DNA of 64,000 nt from the human T2T-CHM13v2.0 reference genome, Homo sapiens: assembly GCF_009914755.1 (NCBI RefSeq), contig NC_060930.1. One strand, 5' to 3'. The notes beneath the pieces were generated by a model that saw only the letters and a list, made by a program, of their open reading frames with translations, did not search any database and was not told where the DNA came from. The translations under genes were made by a program, and so were the position numbers. Positions 43,294 through 60,950 of the stretch are shown here, piece after piece (positions within the stretch are counted from its first letter, which is position 1; each line of letters opens with the position of its first letter).

Positions 43294-44529
43294 ATCTGAC
43301 CATACGTCGCTAGTGGAAAATTGGGATGTGTTTTCAGTGTTGTATTTCTTTTTGCTCAGGCAGGTGATTAGCTACTCCTCTTTTTCCCATGAAAGTGATA
43401 CTGGCAAGTGTTAGGAGGCACCTGGCTCTGCTGGACTTTGTCCACAGACTCTCAGTCATGGTCTGGCATGAGTAGGAGACGTAACAGGCATGGTCAGTGT
43501 GGACAAATTAATGACCCAGAGGAGTAGGAGGTTGTATTGGGTCTTGCTGAGACCAGTGTTTGTCTGCATTGAAGCCCTTCTTTATACTCTGTCTGCAGGG
43601 AGGGATATGAGGCAAAAAGAGATTTGCCCACAATCTGATTGTGCAGTAACCTGAGATGGCCCTTTTAAACATGCAGTGATAGTGTCTCCCAAATACTGTG
43701 TACCTACTGAACCCCAGACATTGTGGTAGATGTTCTACCTACCGGAACATCTGCTATTCCCCAGTCTATAGATGGGAAAACTGATGATTAAATAACTTGC
43801 CCAGCTGCAAACAACAGAGCTGGGAATGAGCTGCAGATAATGTTTTGAAGGGCGGGAAACCCATATAGTAATATTTTGTTAAGTGAATAAAGAGAAGTAA
43901 TTATAGAACTGGTGCTTCTTTGTAGCAGGCCTCACCATGAGACATGTCTTAATGGCAGGAAAAAGCACAGAGAAGTTTGGAGGAGTATTGGAGATTAAAA
44001 AAAAAGCAACTACTTCCTATGTTTTAATAAGCTGTGTTCACTGCTTTAGAAAATTGGTGAACAGTCAAGAATTGCCTAGATTCATGTTCCCTTGGCTTGA
44101 TTTTTAATCACATTGAAGTATGACTTCTTACGGATGTTGCTTTTAATTTGTCTTGAAAGCTAGCACAGATACTGCCAGCTTGGGCATGATTGATGGTTTC
44201 TGACAATGGGTAGTTACTTAGAATAAATGCCAGCCATTTGAAACTCTCCATTTTCTGTGTTAACTGAGAGTATCCAGTAGAATCTTGGGCAACGTCGGAT
44301 TGTATCCCATATTTTGACGTGGCCTGGTCTTTCCTTCAGTATTTTAAAATCTATTAATCACTGGTGTTGGAAGGAACTTTGAGATAAAGGCTCACAACCG
44401 ATAATCCAGATGGGGATAATGGAGATCTCCATCTTATACCATGACAATTGGACTAAAGAATTAAATCCAAGCAGTTTAATTAGAAAACAATTAGAAGGAA
44501 ACTTAGAAGATTATTTTACCGTTTGAAAG

Positions 44530-44805
44530 CATGGGTGGTGGAATGGAGAAATGTTGATGAAAGGGTGCATGCAAAGTTGGTTTGAAGGGAGAGAGAAAAT
44601 CTGGAGATCTACTGGACAGCCTTGTGACTAGTCACTAATAATGTAGTGTATACTCAAGTTGCTTATCTTACATATTCTTAGCACAAAAGTATATAAGGGG
44701 ATTGGGTGTGGTAATTAGCTTGATTAATCACTTTATACATGTATTAAAACATGTCATACTGTAAACGTACCATTTTAATTGTTATACTTTCATAAAACTG
44801 GGAGA
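44530..44805 (+). mobile_element. L1MA/MB-type 3'-terminal fragment
   Basis: tctggagatcta...gtgactagt...aattagcttgatt...ttttaattgttatactttcataaaactggg. Confidence 0.6.
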
Positions 44806-45943
44806 AGATATACGGAAGGGTAGGTTAAGCACGAAAGCAAGAAACAAAGAAATTTGTTAGCAGATTTGGCACCACAGCAAATGAAAAAGTAAACGGCAAA
44901 AGAGGACAGTATTTGCAATTTATAAGACATTAATATAATTTAAAGGACTCTTAAAATTCCATGTGAGATTGAATGTTGGGGAAAAGGGAGTTTTCAGAAA
45001 GGACAGACAGGTAAGATGTTTAGAGGAGGAAAGATTTGATTTCCCCTTCTGCAAGCCAATAGGAAGAGATTTACAACTCAAAGGAGGAATAATTTTCACT
45101 TTCATCTGCTGCTGTGGGGGTGAGGGAATTCTACCTGAAGTTCTGCCAGTCCTGGTTGGGGTGGGGATGGCCTGGAGCTGCTCAAGTGCCAGATGCATGA
45201 GTGGACACAGTAACCTTTTGAAAACTCCCTCTGGCAGGATGATGGCTAAAAGATCACTATAGCTTCCCCTTGCTGATCTGCCTAAAGGCAACCCAGGAAC
45301 AGGGTGTGCTTCCTCCTTCCCTGAAGAAACAGGCCCTGTTTGGACTGTTTGTGGGGAGACAAGGCCTGTGGGTTCCAGAGAAATGGATGTGAAAGTCTCG
45401 TTTATTCCATGGGGAGGGACTGTAAAGCAGAAGGATAAACCCATAACGTTGGTGTTTCTGGTTTTCTGTAGAAACCCCAAGCATCCCTGTTCTCTTTTGA
45501 AGTCTCTGCCTCATGGGTAGGAAGCACCATGCTCACTGGAAATTCTCACTTGTAGCCACCTGGGGTTTGGGGTGGATGGGGTGGGCTTGGGAGGCAGGCT
45601 GACTTCATGTGCCAGGGATAGGTGGCATGGCCTGTGCCAGGCACGTACCCCCTCCATCTGTAAGTGTCCTGTCCAGTAGGGTTGTTCTGAGGATTCAGAG
45701 GCTCAATGTACTTCAGGACTTTAGCATAGTTCCCCTGGCTTATAGGAAGCACTTAAGAAATACTAGCTATTAGCTATTGCTGTTTTTGAATTTAGGAACA
45801 GAAAATGGGTCTGGCTCAAAGTTCCATCATCCCTTTCTTCATCTCTGTTGTCACTGATAGGTCAGATAAAGCAGCTGCGCCCCGAACTCATGCATGTCAG
45901 TAGCTCTCTGGCCTCAAAATGCATCTCTTTTAAATCTGAGAAT

Positions 45944-45947
<4 letters not shown>

Positions 45948-45974
<27 letters not shown>

Positions 45975-45993
45975 GAGACAGAGTCTCGCTCTG
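45948..45993 (-). mobile_element. Extremely truncated Alu: A27 tail plus 19 nt of the 3' end
   Basis: T27 followed by gagacagagtctcgctctg, then unrelated sequence. Confidence 0.8.
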
Positions 45994-46034
45994 ACATTTG
46001 ATGGTTGATTCTTTCTGACTTCAGGGAGTAGAGG

Positions 46035-46794
<760 letters not shown>

Positions 46795-49700
46795 TGATGC
46801 CCAGAAGCAAGACAGGGACAGACAGAGCGCACCTTTGCATGAGCTGCAGGCGCCTGCACCTTTTGTCCTGCGAAGATCCATCAGTTGGATTTGCATTCAT
46901 CCCTGGGTGCCACTGCATTCACCAAGAAAGTGAACTCACTTTTTTACTTAAGCCTTCTCCCACCCACCCACCCTGGGCTCCAGATGAGCGGTAGAGTGGC
47001 AGGGAACATGTTTTTCTCAGGGTAGGTTTTGAAACACACCTGCAAATGGGATAGTTCTGTTAATGGATGATCCTGGTCTACTTTTCTGTTCTTTTTGATG
47101 TGACAAGTTAACATTTCACCACCTGGCCTTTGAAGCAGAATATGTGCATGCTGTGTGCACTGCCGAGCAGTCTGTGGAACTGGGTGTGGCTGGGTGGCAC
47201 CTCTTCCACTGAAGGCATTTGAGTCCCAGGCTGTAGCATCCACAGAGTGTAGGTGGCTGCCACCCTGACCACCTCCTGCCCCTGCCTGTCCTGCGCTGTC
47301 CCCCCACCCGCTATCCCCCAACAGGGCCACAGATAATGCCGGTTCTGGTGAGGCAGTTTTGAAGAATCCCTCAGGGCTTGGCCATTATTGCTGTCCAGAT
47401 GTTCCCATTCCTGGACATTGATTTCTCACAACCCTAGGGATGAGTAGTGGGGATAAGGGCAGGTTCCTGCAGGCACACAGCTGAGGGCTTGTCCCCGGAC
47501 AGGTGGCATTTCACTGATGCCTCGTGCTCCTGTTCCCCCCTCCATTTTAACATCCGCTAAGTCATGGGATCATTGATGAGCTTTCCTCACAGAGTTAAAA
47601 ATAGAGGGTTAAAATCTTCCCTAGAAGAGACTGGAGGCTATGATCCTTAAAGGTAGCTTCAGAGGAAGTTGTAGAGGGGACGGAAGAGATTTCCTGGCTG
47701 GCAGTGTTGCAGAGTGACTTACATGGTTATTGTGGTGTGAAAATACTCGATTTCGTCTTGCGGTAGAGGTGGCCTTTCTCATTCTTGGTGACGTTGTGGA
47801 TATTTCTCTCTGAACGTGAACATGTGACTATAGTCACACATAGGCAGACAGGTATGTATGCATGCACATGTGAACCTTTACCTAGCAAATAGTATGCAGT
47901 TGGGGGGGTGGGCATGGCAAGAATCACCACATTTACATTTCCACAGTCCACACACACCTAGCACATATTAAACACTGGCCACTGTTGGCCAAAACAGACC
48001 TCAGTTTTCCCAGAGACAACAGCCACGGTGTGGAATTGGGCCACACCATGTGCTCACCTGGCGTCTCTTAACCATTGGGCCCCGGATTGTCAGCACTGGA
48101 GGCACAAAGCCCAGGGAGGCACCGAGCTTTGGTCCTGGGTCTGTGATTCTTCACTCCCCCGCTGTTCCCAATGCTGTTGGTCTGATGGAGAATTGTACAG
48201 AACTCTCCAATGTGTAAGGTTTTTGCTCATGAAAGAGAACAGAATTAGAAGCAACCCAGGGAGAAAGACAGAAAGACAGTGATTACACCATGTGACTGCA
48301 TCCTGTCTCCTTTCCCAGAATCCTAGAGTAGGGTTAAGTTGTTTTTGTTTATCTTCTATTCATCCCACTATGCTTTTTTGAGTTTTTTTAGTTTACTTGT
48401 GGTAAAATTCTCATGGGCCACATCAGAACTGGAGGCCATATCCAGGTGAGCTTCCAGATCTTGCCTTTCTGCCCTGAGAACCCATCCTTGGGATGGCGAG
48501 GCAGGAATGAAGGGTGGCAGAGGACCTGAGTCATGTACATGTGACTGTTCATGTTCTCATGCACGGACAGACACGGGTGCGCACATCCTCTTGCACGGTC
48601 ACGAATAGGGATGCGTGGGATACGCCTGTCATCTCAGCTGGTCAGAGCTCACTCTCAGCACTTGGCCTTCATTCAGTTCAAGGTTTTCATTTGTAAGGGG
48701 ATGAGAGGAATTAGTACAGTTGGACAGAGGAAAGAGCTGAGGAGGAACAGAAAGTACTGCCTTAGCCTGGGATGGCCCTGCCTGCCCCCATGCTCCATGG
48801 CGTGTTCGTGTGACCTGTTCCCTGTGCAGGATCTTAGGTGCAGGAAAGAGGTCCTGGGGTGCCCCTCACACAGCTGGCCTCTGTCCTCTGAGTTAGTGCA
48901 GGAGTTTCAGCTGCTTCCGGGGCTCAGGGTAGAGTCCTTGCAGGGAGCGCCATGTGCTCATGCAGGGCATCCTGCAGGTGTTGACGGGGATCCTCTCCTG
49001 TCACCCTTTCCCCACTTTCTCCCTCTTCCCTCTCCTCCTCCTTCCCTGTTCCAGTCTAACCAGCCCAGATGGGTTGACCCATGGCTCCAGATTCTAATTT
49101 GGCTCTGACTCTGACCTTCAGTGAGACTTGAGATGTGATATTTAACCTTCCTGGGCCCTATTATTCCTTTGAAGCCAGTCTGGCCAACTCCTTATACCAG
49201 GGACATTGTGAGAAATAAAAGGAAAATTTTCAAACCCTCAGATCCTATTAGTTAAGTACTCTGAAAATAAGGTCAGTAAAAGCAAATTGTAGATTCCCTT
49301 GTGACTGCTTGATACAAGTGATTAGACTGTGACCTTTCATCTTTTCAACTGCATGAAAGATATGGGCCCAGAGAATACTCTGATCTTTCATTTCAAATAT
49401 GATATGTGGATTTTTTTTTGTTATTGTTCAGCTTAAAAGCATAAATGTGACTGTATTGAAATGTGGAGGAATGTAATTTTTAGGGGGTGCTGCCGAGAAG
49501 TGCCTTTGCTCTGCTTGCTATAATGAACTGTGTGGGTGCATGCACCTGTCTTCCAAGTCTAAAACCACTTCCCCTCGTGCGAACTGGGCAATGCCATTTG
49601 ATAGTGTGTGCGATTTATGGAGTCCCTAGAACCCGAGAGTTAGAACACACCAGTGCGTACTTCACCTAAGCCTTTTTCTTGGTGAGAGGGCTCTGGCCCC

Positions 49701-52369
49701 GGCCGTTTACTCTCGATTATACCAAATGAGCTGTCTTTGTCATGGAATGCACATGCCTGTATAACATTGCATTGTCATGGGGCTGGGAGTGCCCCTGGGT
49801 AATAATTTGGTTGTATGGTAAGGGTCTCACCAAGGAGCAAATGGTGTTTTTCTGTTGCTTTCCTGCAGTAGTACTTCTGCTTACATGCAGTGACAGAAAG
49901 TAACAAGTTTAGGATAGTCCAACAGACGAGCTTTATTTCTAGCAAGGGTTTTGAAGTATTAGTTTTCCAAGAGAGTCATGAGCAGGTTTTGTACTTGTGT
50001 AGAAATTTGTGTGGTTTGTAAGCCAGGATATTGAACCAGATGTGGCCACATGTGATTCTCATTTCTTACGCTGAGGCTGAGTGTGAGAAGAAAATGATCA
50101 ACTGGCTAATCCCACTGGTTTTGCAGGACCTTCCATTGAGCTATAGGCTACTGTCACTGAAGAGGTTTTCATATGAAAATGTACAAGCCTTGCAGAAAAA
50201 TCCTGCCCTAGTAAGATTCAGAGAGGGCCAAGGAATTGAGAATATTCTTTTAAAGTTCTGGAAAATACGGCTATTGAGAAGGAAACATAGAAAATCATAT
50301 TAGTTTTTAAAAAAGTTAAAGGTTTTCTTCTCATGACATTATTTTGTCATTTGAATTGCACTTGCTGGTGGTGGGGTATTTGTGACTCAGTTACATTGCC
50401 TTCAGTGGGAGGAGAGGTTATAGGTACATCTAGATTGCCCAGTGGAACCCAGGCATCTCTTTTAGAGCACATTTGCCTTGGCCTTGGCCTTGGCTAGGAG
50501 GCTCCTGCCCATCTGCTGCTGCGGTCAGTGTTTGAGCAGGCTGCTCCTCCCCTTCCATAACTCACTGTCTGTCCAGTGCATTTCGCTTCTGTTTAGGCTC
50601 TTTGTTTTTGATTCAAGTTTTAAAGTGCAAATGGACTACCCCCAGCCACCAACTGTTTCTCTCTCTGGGCCTCTGGTTCTGTTTTGAAAGGCTGGCAGAG
50701 GCCTCGGCTCAACGGCTCCCTCTCGTGGAGAAGAAGAACTTGCCAGTGAATCTGAGGTTGAACTGAGGACAGCGTCATAATCTTGAACGACTAAAACATT
50801 TTTGCTTAGTTAACCAAAAACATCAGAGTCATTTCTCATCTTCTGCTCTGCCTTGGAAGTGCATGTTTCTCCTTTTCATCTGTCATCATACTGAGTTGAT
50901 TTAAATATTGTGTGTGTCAGTGGTGGGGTGGAGAAAAACCCATAAGGATGGAGGGGAGAGATTTTATATTCTTAAAGCAAGCACACAGAGTGTGGATTGG
51001 GTACAGTTTTTAAGATGGAATTTCTGTTATTAAGAACAAAGTCAGGTAGGAACGTTTGATGTCCTGGACTTTCATATCTCTCACCTTATATCCCTTCTGC
51101 AAGAAGAATGAAGTATTGTTGCCAGTACTCATCTGGCCGAACGTAACTTGAAAATGCTCTCAACCTTGCCTGTTAAATTGAAACCATTCTCTTATGACTA
51201 GGAGGGATTGCTTTAATATCTCATGGCCGTGTGCCTGGGATCACCTGAGATACGGGTGACGGATGGCTGTGGGCCAAGGAGCACACGCTGCAGACACCTC
51301 ACTTTCTGCAGAGCTGGGTTGGGGGCTGGGGGCAATGGGCTGAGAAGCCAGAAATCCACAACAGAGCTGAGAGAAGGAGTAACTTCAAGCACTTATGTAT
51401 AAAGCTGCTCAGCTGAAATGTATTGTCATTCAATGGAGGGTCCTGCTGTAGCCCACGTCGGCGCTAATTCTTCAGTGAGTTCAGATGACTTCCTGTGTGT
51501 GCTCTTCTGTGGAATCCCTCAGGACGTGCAGCGGTGGCCTTCCTTGTAGTGCACTGGCTGCATAACTGGGGCTGTGTGGTTTTAATTGATACAGAGGTGG
51601 GTTGAGGGAGACCTTCGGTAGCAAGGTAAGACAATGCCTTCCTCCATTCTTCTGTTTCCTTTTGTACTGATTAAGTGTTGGCTCCTTATAGACAAGTCCA
51701 GGCCAGGAAAAGGGGTGTCCTTTTGTTAGATTGGTGGGTCCCAGGTTTCCCCACAATGGTGGTGCTGGCTGGGTTGTTGGTTCTGTTTTATTTCTCCCTT
51801 TTAGGACACATGGAGCAGCTTAAGGGGCTTCCTATGTTAGCTTTTCAGCTCCCCTGTGGCCTCTCGTGGTGGGCATAGAACACGGACCCTCTGGGTTTCG
51901 AGGAGGAAGATGGCCAGTGACACTTGCCTTTTTCAGTCTTCGTAATTGTTTGAACTTCGCTGGTCTGTGTTGTGGGTGAGATCCATCTAGTCTTTGAGCT
52001 TGTTATATGGGCATGCGTGTGTGATATCTGGGTGGATACTGTTGAAGATAACTCCTATAATAAGAAGGAAAATATTGCAACTCATTTCTCTCATAAAGCA
52101 AGTTATTTGAATGTATACCTTGCCAATAATTCAGTATTTAGGTTTTCAGAAAGATGTAAACAAGGTGTTCCTTTTGCCATTGAAGATAGTGATATATAGA
52201 ATTCAGCTGTGTTGAAAATTTACTTCCCTGTAGCATTGCTAGCCATGAACTCAGGTGCCCCCGAGAAGCCAGAATGGATGGAACCAAAGGCCTTACACTC
52301 TTATTTGAGATAGAATATGAGAGACATAGCACTCTGGTATTTGGACAGCGGTGTTAGGGAAGGGTAGGG

Positions 52370-52527
52370 TCCACGGATTTGTGGGAACACTGAGACATCT
52401 GAGGCTTTTAAACACTGATTCCCTTTCTTGATCCTCACCAATTAGCACAGAATCTAGAGGGAAGGGATTTACATTATTTTGAAGCTCCCCTAAGGGTTTT
52501 AGGGGTGCCAGGTTTGGAAAACACTGA
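52370..52527. mobile_element. Probable MER5-family element, diverged
   Basis: Ends ccaggtttggaaaacactg; internal cagaatct...ttttgaagctcccc. Confidence 0.5.
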
Positions 52528-53376
52528 ACTAAACCTCAGCAAGTAGTGGTGGCTGATGCCTGAACCTCACAGGAGTTGGGTTATGTCCGGCACCATCTGG
52601 AGTTTGCCATTTTGATTAGCGATATACGAAGCCGCACTGTGTCCGTCTCCTTAAGGAGACTCTTGTGCTGGGAGTAGGGCTGAAACAGATTGCACCCCTA
52701 CAGGTTAAAAGGAGATTGAGCCAACTGTAGAGGTGTTGTCTTTTGCTGTCTGAACCTGAGATAGAGCCCTTCCCCAAGGTCCTGGATTCCCTGAGGCCCA
52801 TTCCCCCACCCCCACCCAGCCCCACCAGCCTTTGTTGCTGGAAATAAAGATCAGCCCCAGCTGGAGTTTACTGTTTGCTTTTGTTTTTCTAAATGTTTTG
52901 TCTTGTTTTGGTTTTAGTGGAAGCATTTGAAAGAACAATTAAAACTAAGAGATTTGCATTCCTCACTATACCTCCTCTTGCAGATTAACAGTACTTACCA
53001 CGGAATATTTCTGTTTGTCCTTACCCCTGGTTTTATAAATCTGTTTTAAATTTATCATTGCCAGGTGCTTTTTTTCCTCTCCAAAAGGGTTTCGCATTAT
53101 TTATTCCAGACCGTCTGTCAGTCCCACTTTTTTTATGGGTGACTCATGGTTTAAGAGCCAGAGTGTGATTCCTGGGTCTTCGCTTCTGCCTCTTCATGGG
53201 GCCTGAGATCTGGCTCTAGGAATGAGGCCTCCATGGGCCTGGCTCCTAAGAGATGATGTCCTACCAAGAATTTGTGGCTTTGATTGGACTGCACTTAATT
53301 GGTGGCATATAGAGAAATACAGGTCTCAGTGGCTTCTTTCCTTTTTGATTTTTATAAACTTCACTGATACTTCATT

Positions 53377-53846
<470 letters not shown>

Positions 53847-55084
53847 CTTTGGGAAGTTTCATTCCATGCCCCACCCCCACTTAAGGGGGGTCCTGGGCCA
53901 GGCCTAGGTTTAGTACAAAGGTCACTAAGACTCATTACCCGCCATCTGGGGACCTTCGTCCCCATGTGACAGCAGCCTGCACAGCCTTGTGGTGGCACTG
54001 GTGTTTCAGTACCCTCTGGGCCATCACTGCATGTGGCCAGCTCTCCTGACCAGGAAGTGCAGGCTCCCCCGACCCTGGCACCTTCCTCTCGGGCTGTTGG
54101 GGAGAAGAGGGGGCTAGTATTCTGTGTTTCTCAGTAATTTTGTGATTTTTAGGCTTCTTCCTTTGGAGATGGTGGTGGTTATAAAACCCTGAAGTCCCTG
54201 ACTTTAACCTCATATCATAGACGAAAAGTAATGCCCAAGGTGTTAAGTGATGGGGCAGTGGCCACATTGTGACGCAGAGAAGACATCTTCTCGAAACCAG
54301 CATGTCTGGCAGCAGCCCATTGGGGTCCCTTCATTATTCTTGTTTGAAGCTTGTGCATTTCTAGTGTCTGCCATTGTCGCTCCCCATTTTCGCTGACTTT
54401 TGTGTGTCCCAAGATTACCACGGCGTCCAAGCTGTAAGACTGTCTCTGTTTGCCCAGGTCCCATAGAACCTGATGGGAAAGTTTGTCCAGGGTGGAAGAT
54501 ACATGGGACAGTTTGTAAACGGTGGGAAAATATAGGAAGCGCGTGTGCAGACGAGGGTTGGCATGTGTTGCTTCACCAGTGAGGTCGGGGCATCCCTCTT
54601 CCATCCAGCCTGGCCCTGTCCAGGGCTCGTCTCCACAAGGAAAGCAGACAGCAGCTGCTGACAGTTTGCAGCCACACCTCTGGGCCTGGCCTGCCACCCG
54701 GAGCCAAACCACATGAGCACTGCTGTTCTTTTGCTTCCATAGTATTTTTGTTTTCCTTCTTTTTTTAGCCATAGATTTCTAAATCCTGTGGGCAGGTCAT
54801 GCTATGTGGAGCACAGAAATAGCAGACATGACTTTTCTTGGAACAGGGATATGTGTGTGTGTCTGTCTCCACTTCCCCCAAGGAAGCAGGATCTTGCTGT
54901 CATCAACTCTGAGAAGCTCAGGACAGGTGATTGCATGGCACGTGGGGAGGTCTTCATTGTGAAACACCAAATTTCCTGGAAGAGCAATGGGAACGTGAAA
55001 ATGCACCCAGGAAACCCCGCTAGGAAGCGCCTGGGGCAGTTTGCGTACTTCTGTGACGAAGGATAGGTATATAGTGGATTCTGA

Positions 55085-57285
<2,201 letters not shown>

Positions 57286-57396
57286 CCTCTAGGGTCCTGT
57301 AGGCCATTTTTTATCCTGCTCAGCCTTGTCTCTTCTTCCTCTGAGCTTCAGTTTCTCTGGCGATTTTGTCAAGGCCACAGGTCAAGGGATCTGTTG

Positions 57397-57441
57397 ACCT
57401 TTTTTCTGAGACCAGGTTTTTTCTGAGACCTTTTTTCTGAG
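57397..57441. repeat. Triple short tandem repeat (ttttttctgag)
   Basis: gaccttttttctga-gaccaggttttttctga-gaccttttttctga-g. Confidence 0.85.
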
Positions 57442-59739
57442 CTCTGGCTGGGGCTGTTGGAAACTTGTCACAGTGGATCCTTAGTGAATGCATATCTGGG
57501 CTGTCATGCAGACCCTTGCTCCTCAGGGTGGGTTGCAGGCAGATCCTCCTCTTGGGTTCCCCTGTAGCCCTCCTTCCCTGTCATCCTCTCTTCAGTCCTG
57601 CCACTGGGGACACAGGGTGAGGATGAACTTGCCTTGTTAAGGCTAAGTGGATTCTGTGGAGTGAGGTGCATCCAGGTAAGGTTGCAACCCCATCAGTCTA
57701 GACCCATGGGAGGAAACAGGCCACACCTCCATTTTGGAGATCCTCAATTTTCAAAGGCATGGAGACGTGTAGCCATCATTTAAGTGTCAGGGATTTGGCA
57801 GCAAGATAGGCTTCCAGGCAGGATGGAGGTTTCGTGGTTCCCCTCAGCAGGTGCCTGCCAGGACTGATGCCTGAGTGACAGTCACCTTAACTTGCAAGAG
57901 TTCTTGGTTTGTGCTCTGCTGTTGGGAATAGCACGTGATAGGAAGCAGTGCAGGGAGCAGGCTCTGCACACGCGTGCACCCACGCCCGCTGACCACGCCC
58001 CATGACTACTTGGGACACAGGATGACTGAGTCAGTGATGGAACCGCACCAAGTCCTCCTGCCTTTGGAGACCTGCAGACAGGAGGGAAACATTCCAAGTT
58101 TCCCTCCTCTGCTAGGTGGATGATGGAGCCTCGAGAGCACACTTGACATCGTAGTGACAGCGCCTTTTGTTTAGAGTAGGTTTTTCTTTACCCTCGACTC
58201 CCTTACCCTGGGACAAAAGCCATACTGTGCCTCCCTGTGGTGTGCTTATGCTTGTTGCCGTCACCCAGAAGTCTAAGGCGTCTGACATTCTGTCCCAGGG
58301 GTACTGACCTGTCTGTGACCCAGCAAGGCCTCAGGGCTGGGGTCTGAGCTCAGCCATCTGACAGTGGTAGAAACTTAATAACTTTGAAGTAATAGCCTAA
58401 AATCCACCCCAGCAGATGTGCCTTCTGCCTCTGTGTAGGTTCACTTCCACCGCAGGTCCCAGGGAGCCGCCGTGCCGCTGGCGGGAGTTGGGTGGGGAAG
58501 GGGCTCGGCCACGTAGCAGCCTCAAGGCCCTGAGTGGGAGTGATCGCAGCGGATGAGGATTCCATGAAGAATTCTTGCAAGCGCTGTGTGATTTTCAGGT
58601 GCTCTTGCGTTATAATCTACTTAGAGTGAAATATGAAAGTGTGGATTTCCTCCCTTCTGTGACCTGTGTTCTGAGTCACTCGGACGGTGGAGGACTTGTT
58701 TTGGTTGGGGGACTCGTTTTGGTGCCTACCTCTGTAAGTTGAGACAGTACCCACCTGCCCTCGGAGGAAGAACTCCCGATTGTCAGCCAGAGCCACCGTG
58801 AGTCCCACCTGTGACTCTGGGAGTCTGTGAGACCTGGAGTTTGTTGTGGAGTCTCAGTTCTTAGGTCCCTCCTGTCGAGGCTGGGGACAGTTCCCTCATG
58901 GATGTTACCCCAACCCCCCTGTTCTCCACAACCACATCAGTCCACTGTCCTGCCATTTAGTGTGAGTGGAATTCAGGCTGCTGTGTCCCCATCCCTGGTC
59001 TTGCTGGTGTGCTGGGAACTCGCTCTCTGTGTGTGCTGTGTCTGCCGAGGTGGTTCAGACGCTTCACCTAGTGGGTCCCGTCATGCTTGGTATGTGCAGC
59101 GACCCTGCCTGGACTGGATCCGTGCACACTTTACCTTTTATTACTTAAAAACAATATATCCCCACACTCTAAAGATTTAAAACGTTGTTAATTTGTACTT
59201 TGTTTAGTATTTTGTTGATGGTTATTTTGGAAAATCTCCCCTACCCCCCTTCCTTTATTTGGCCCGAGGGAGGTTGCTTTCTCCATTCCCATCTAGAAAA
59301 GCCACTGGGCGCGTGTTAAAACCTGCCCAGGTTTGATGTGCATTTGCGCTGCTCTGTGGCCTGATCAGGAGGGGCACTGAGCACCAGCTTATGCACTGAG
59401 AAGCAGCCCGCTGTCTGGATGGGCGAGGGACGAGGCATAGATGTGCTGCCCTGTGTCCTCACGCAGGTGTTGCTCTTTGCTCTGGAAATCCAGCAGGATG
59501 GAAAATAGACTTCCTTTGTGTGAGTGAGTGGGTGGATGGGTGAAGTTGAGTGAGTGAGTGGGTGGGCATTGGGAATTATAGAAGGGGAATTGGGAGTTGG
59601 TAACAAGCATGTGTCAGAGCTATTCTAGGTGACGCTGGGCCGTGGGTGCAGCCAGGACCCCTACCCACTCCTCACCAGGGAGCTAGTCTTCTCATGACAC
59701 CCGCCTCCATGTGACAACACATGTACCAGTACATGGTAC

Positions 59740-60621
<882 letters not shown>

Positions 60622-60720
60622 TGAGAGAGGAAGTGGAGCGTGCTATGCACTGGACAGTGTGTTCTCTGATTCCCTGGGGTGATGAAGGAGGGGGCGGGCC
60701 ACTGTGCTGGGTGATAGCGC

Positions 60721-60950
60721 TGTATTAGTCCTCTCGTGTTGCTGAAATACTACAGACTGGGGAATTCATAATAAACAGAAATGTACTGGCTCCTGGTTGT
60801 GGAGCCTGGGAAGTCCAATATCGAGGAACCTAGTGAGGGCCTTGTGGGTGCGTTGATGGGGCAGCAGGAGACCCAGTGAGGGAGGGGAAGTCCACTCCAC
60901 GAAGATACCACGAGTCCATTCCGCCTGCCTAGGGCCTCGGGTTTCCTTTT
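60721..60950 (-). mobile_element. Partial MaLR LTR (MST-like)
   Basis: tgtattagtcc...cagactggggaattcataataaacagaaatgta...gcctgggaagtccaatatcgagg. Confidence 0.7.

Noticed and set aside
44920-45480. 186-aa minus-strand intronic ORF (similarly 48551-49108 and 54215-54772)
   Set aside because: No recognisable homology, no coding-like composition and no retrocopy hallmarks (poly-A, TSD); lengths are plausible by chance in 64 kb.
57379-57400. AGGTCA...TGACCT inverted nuclear-receptor half-sites
   Set aside because: The 10-bp spacer matches no standard inverted-repeat response element.
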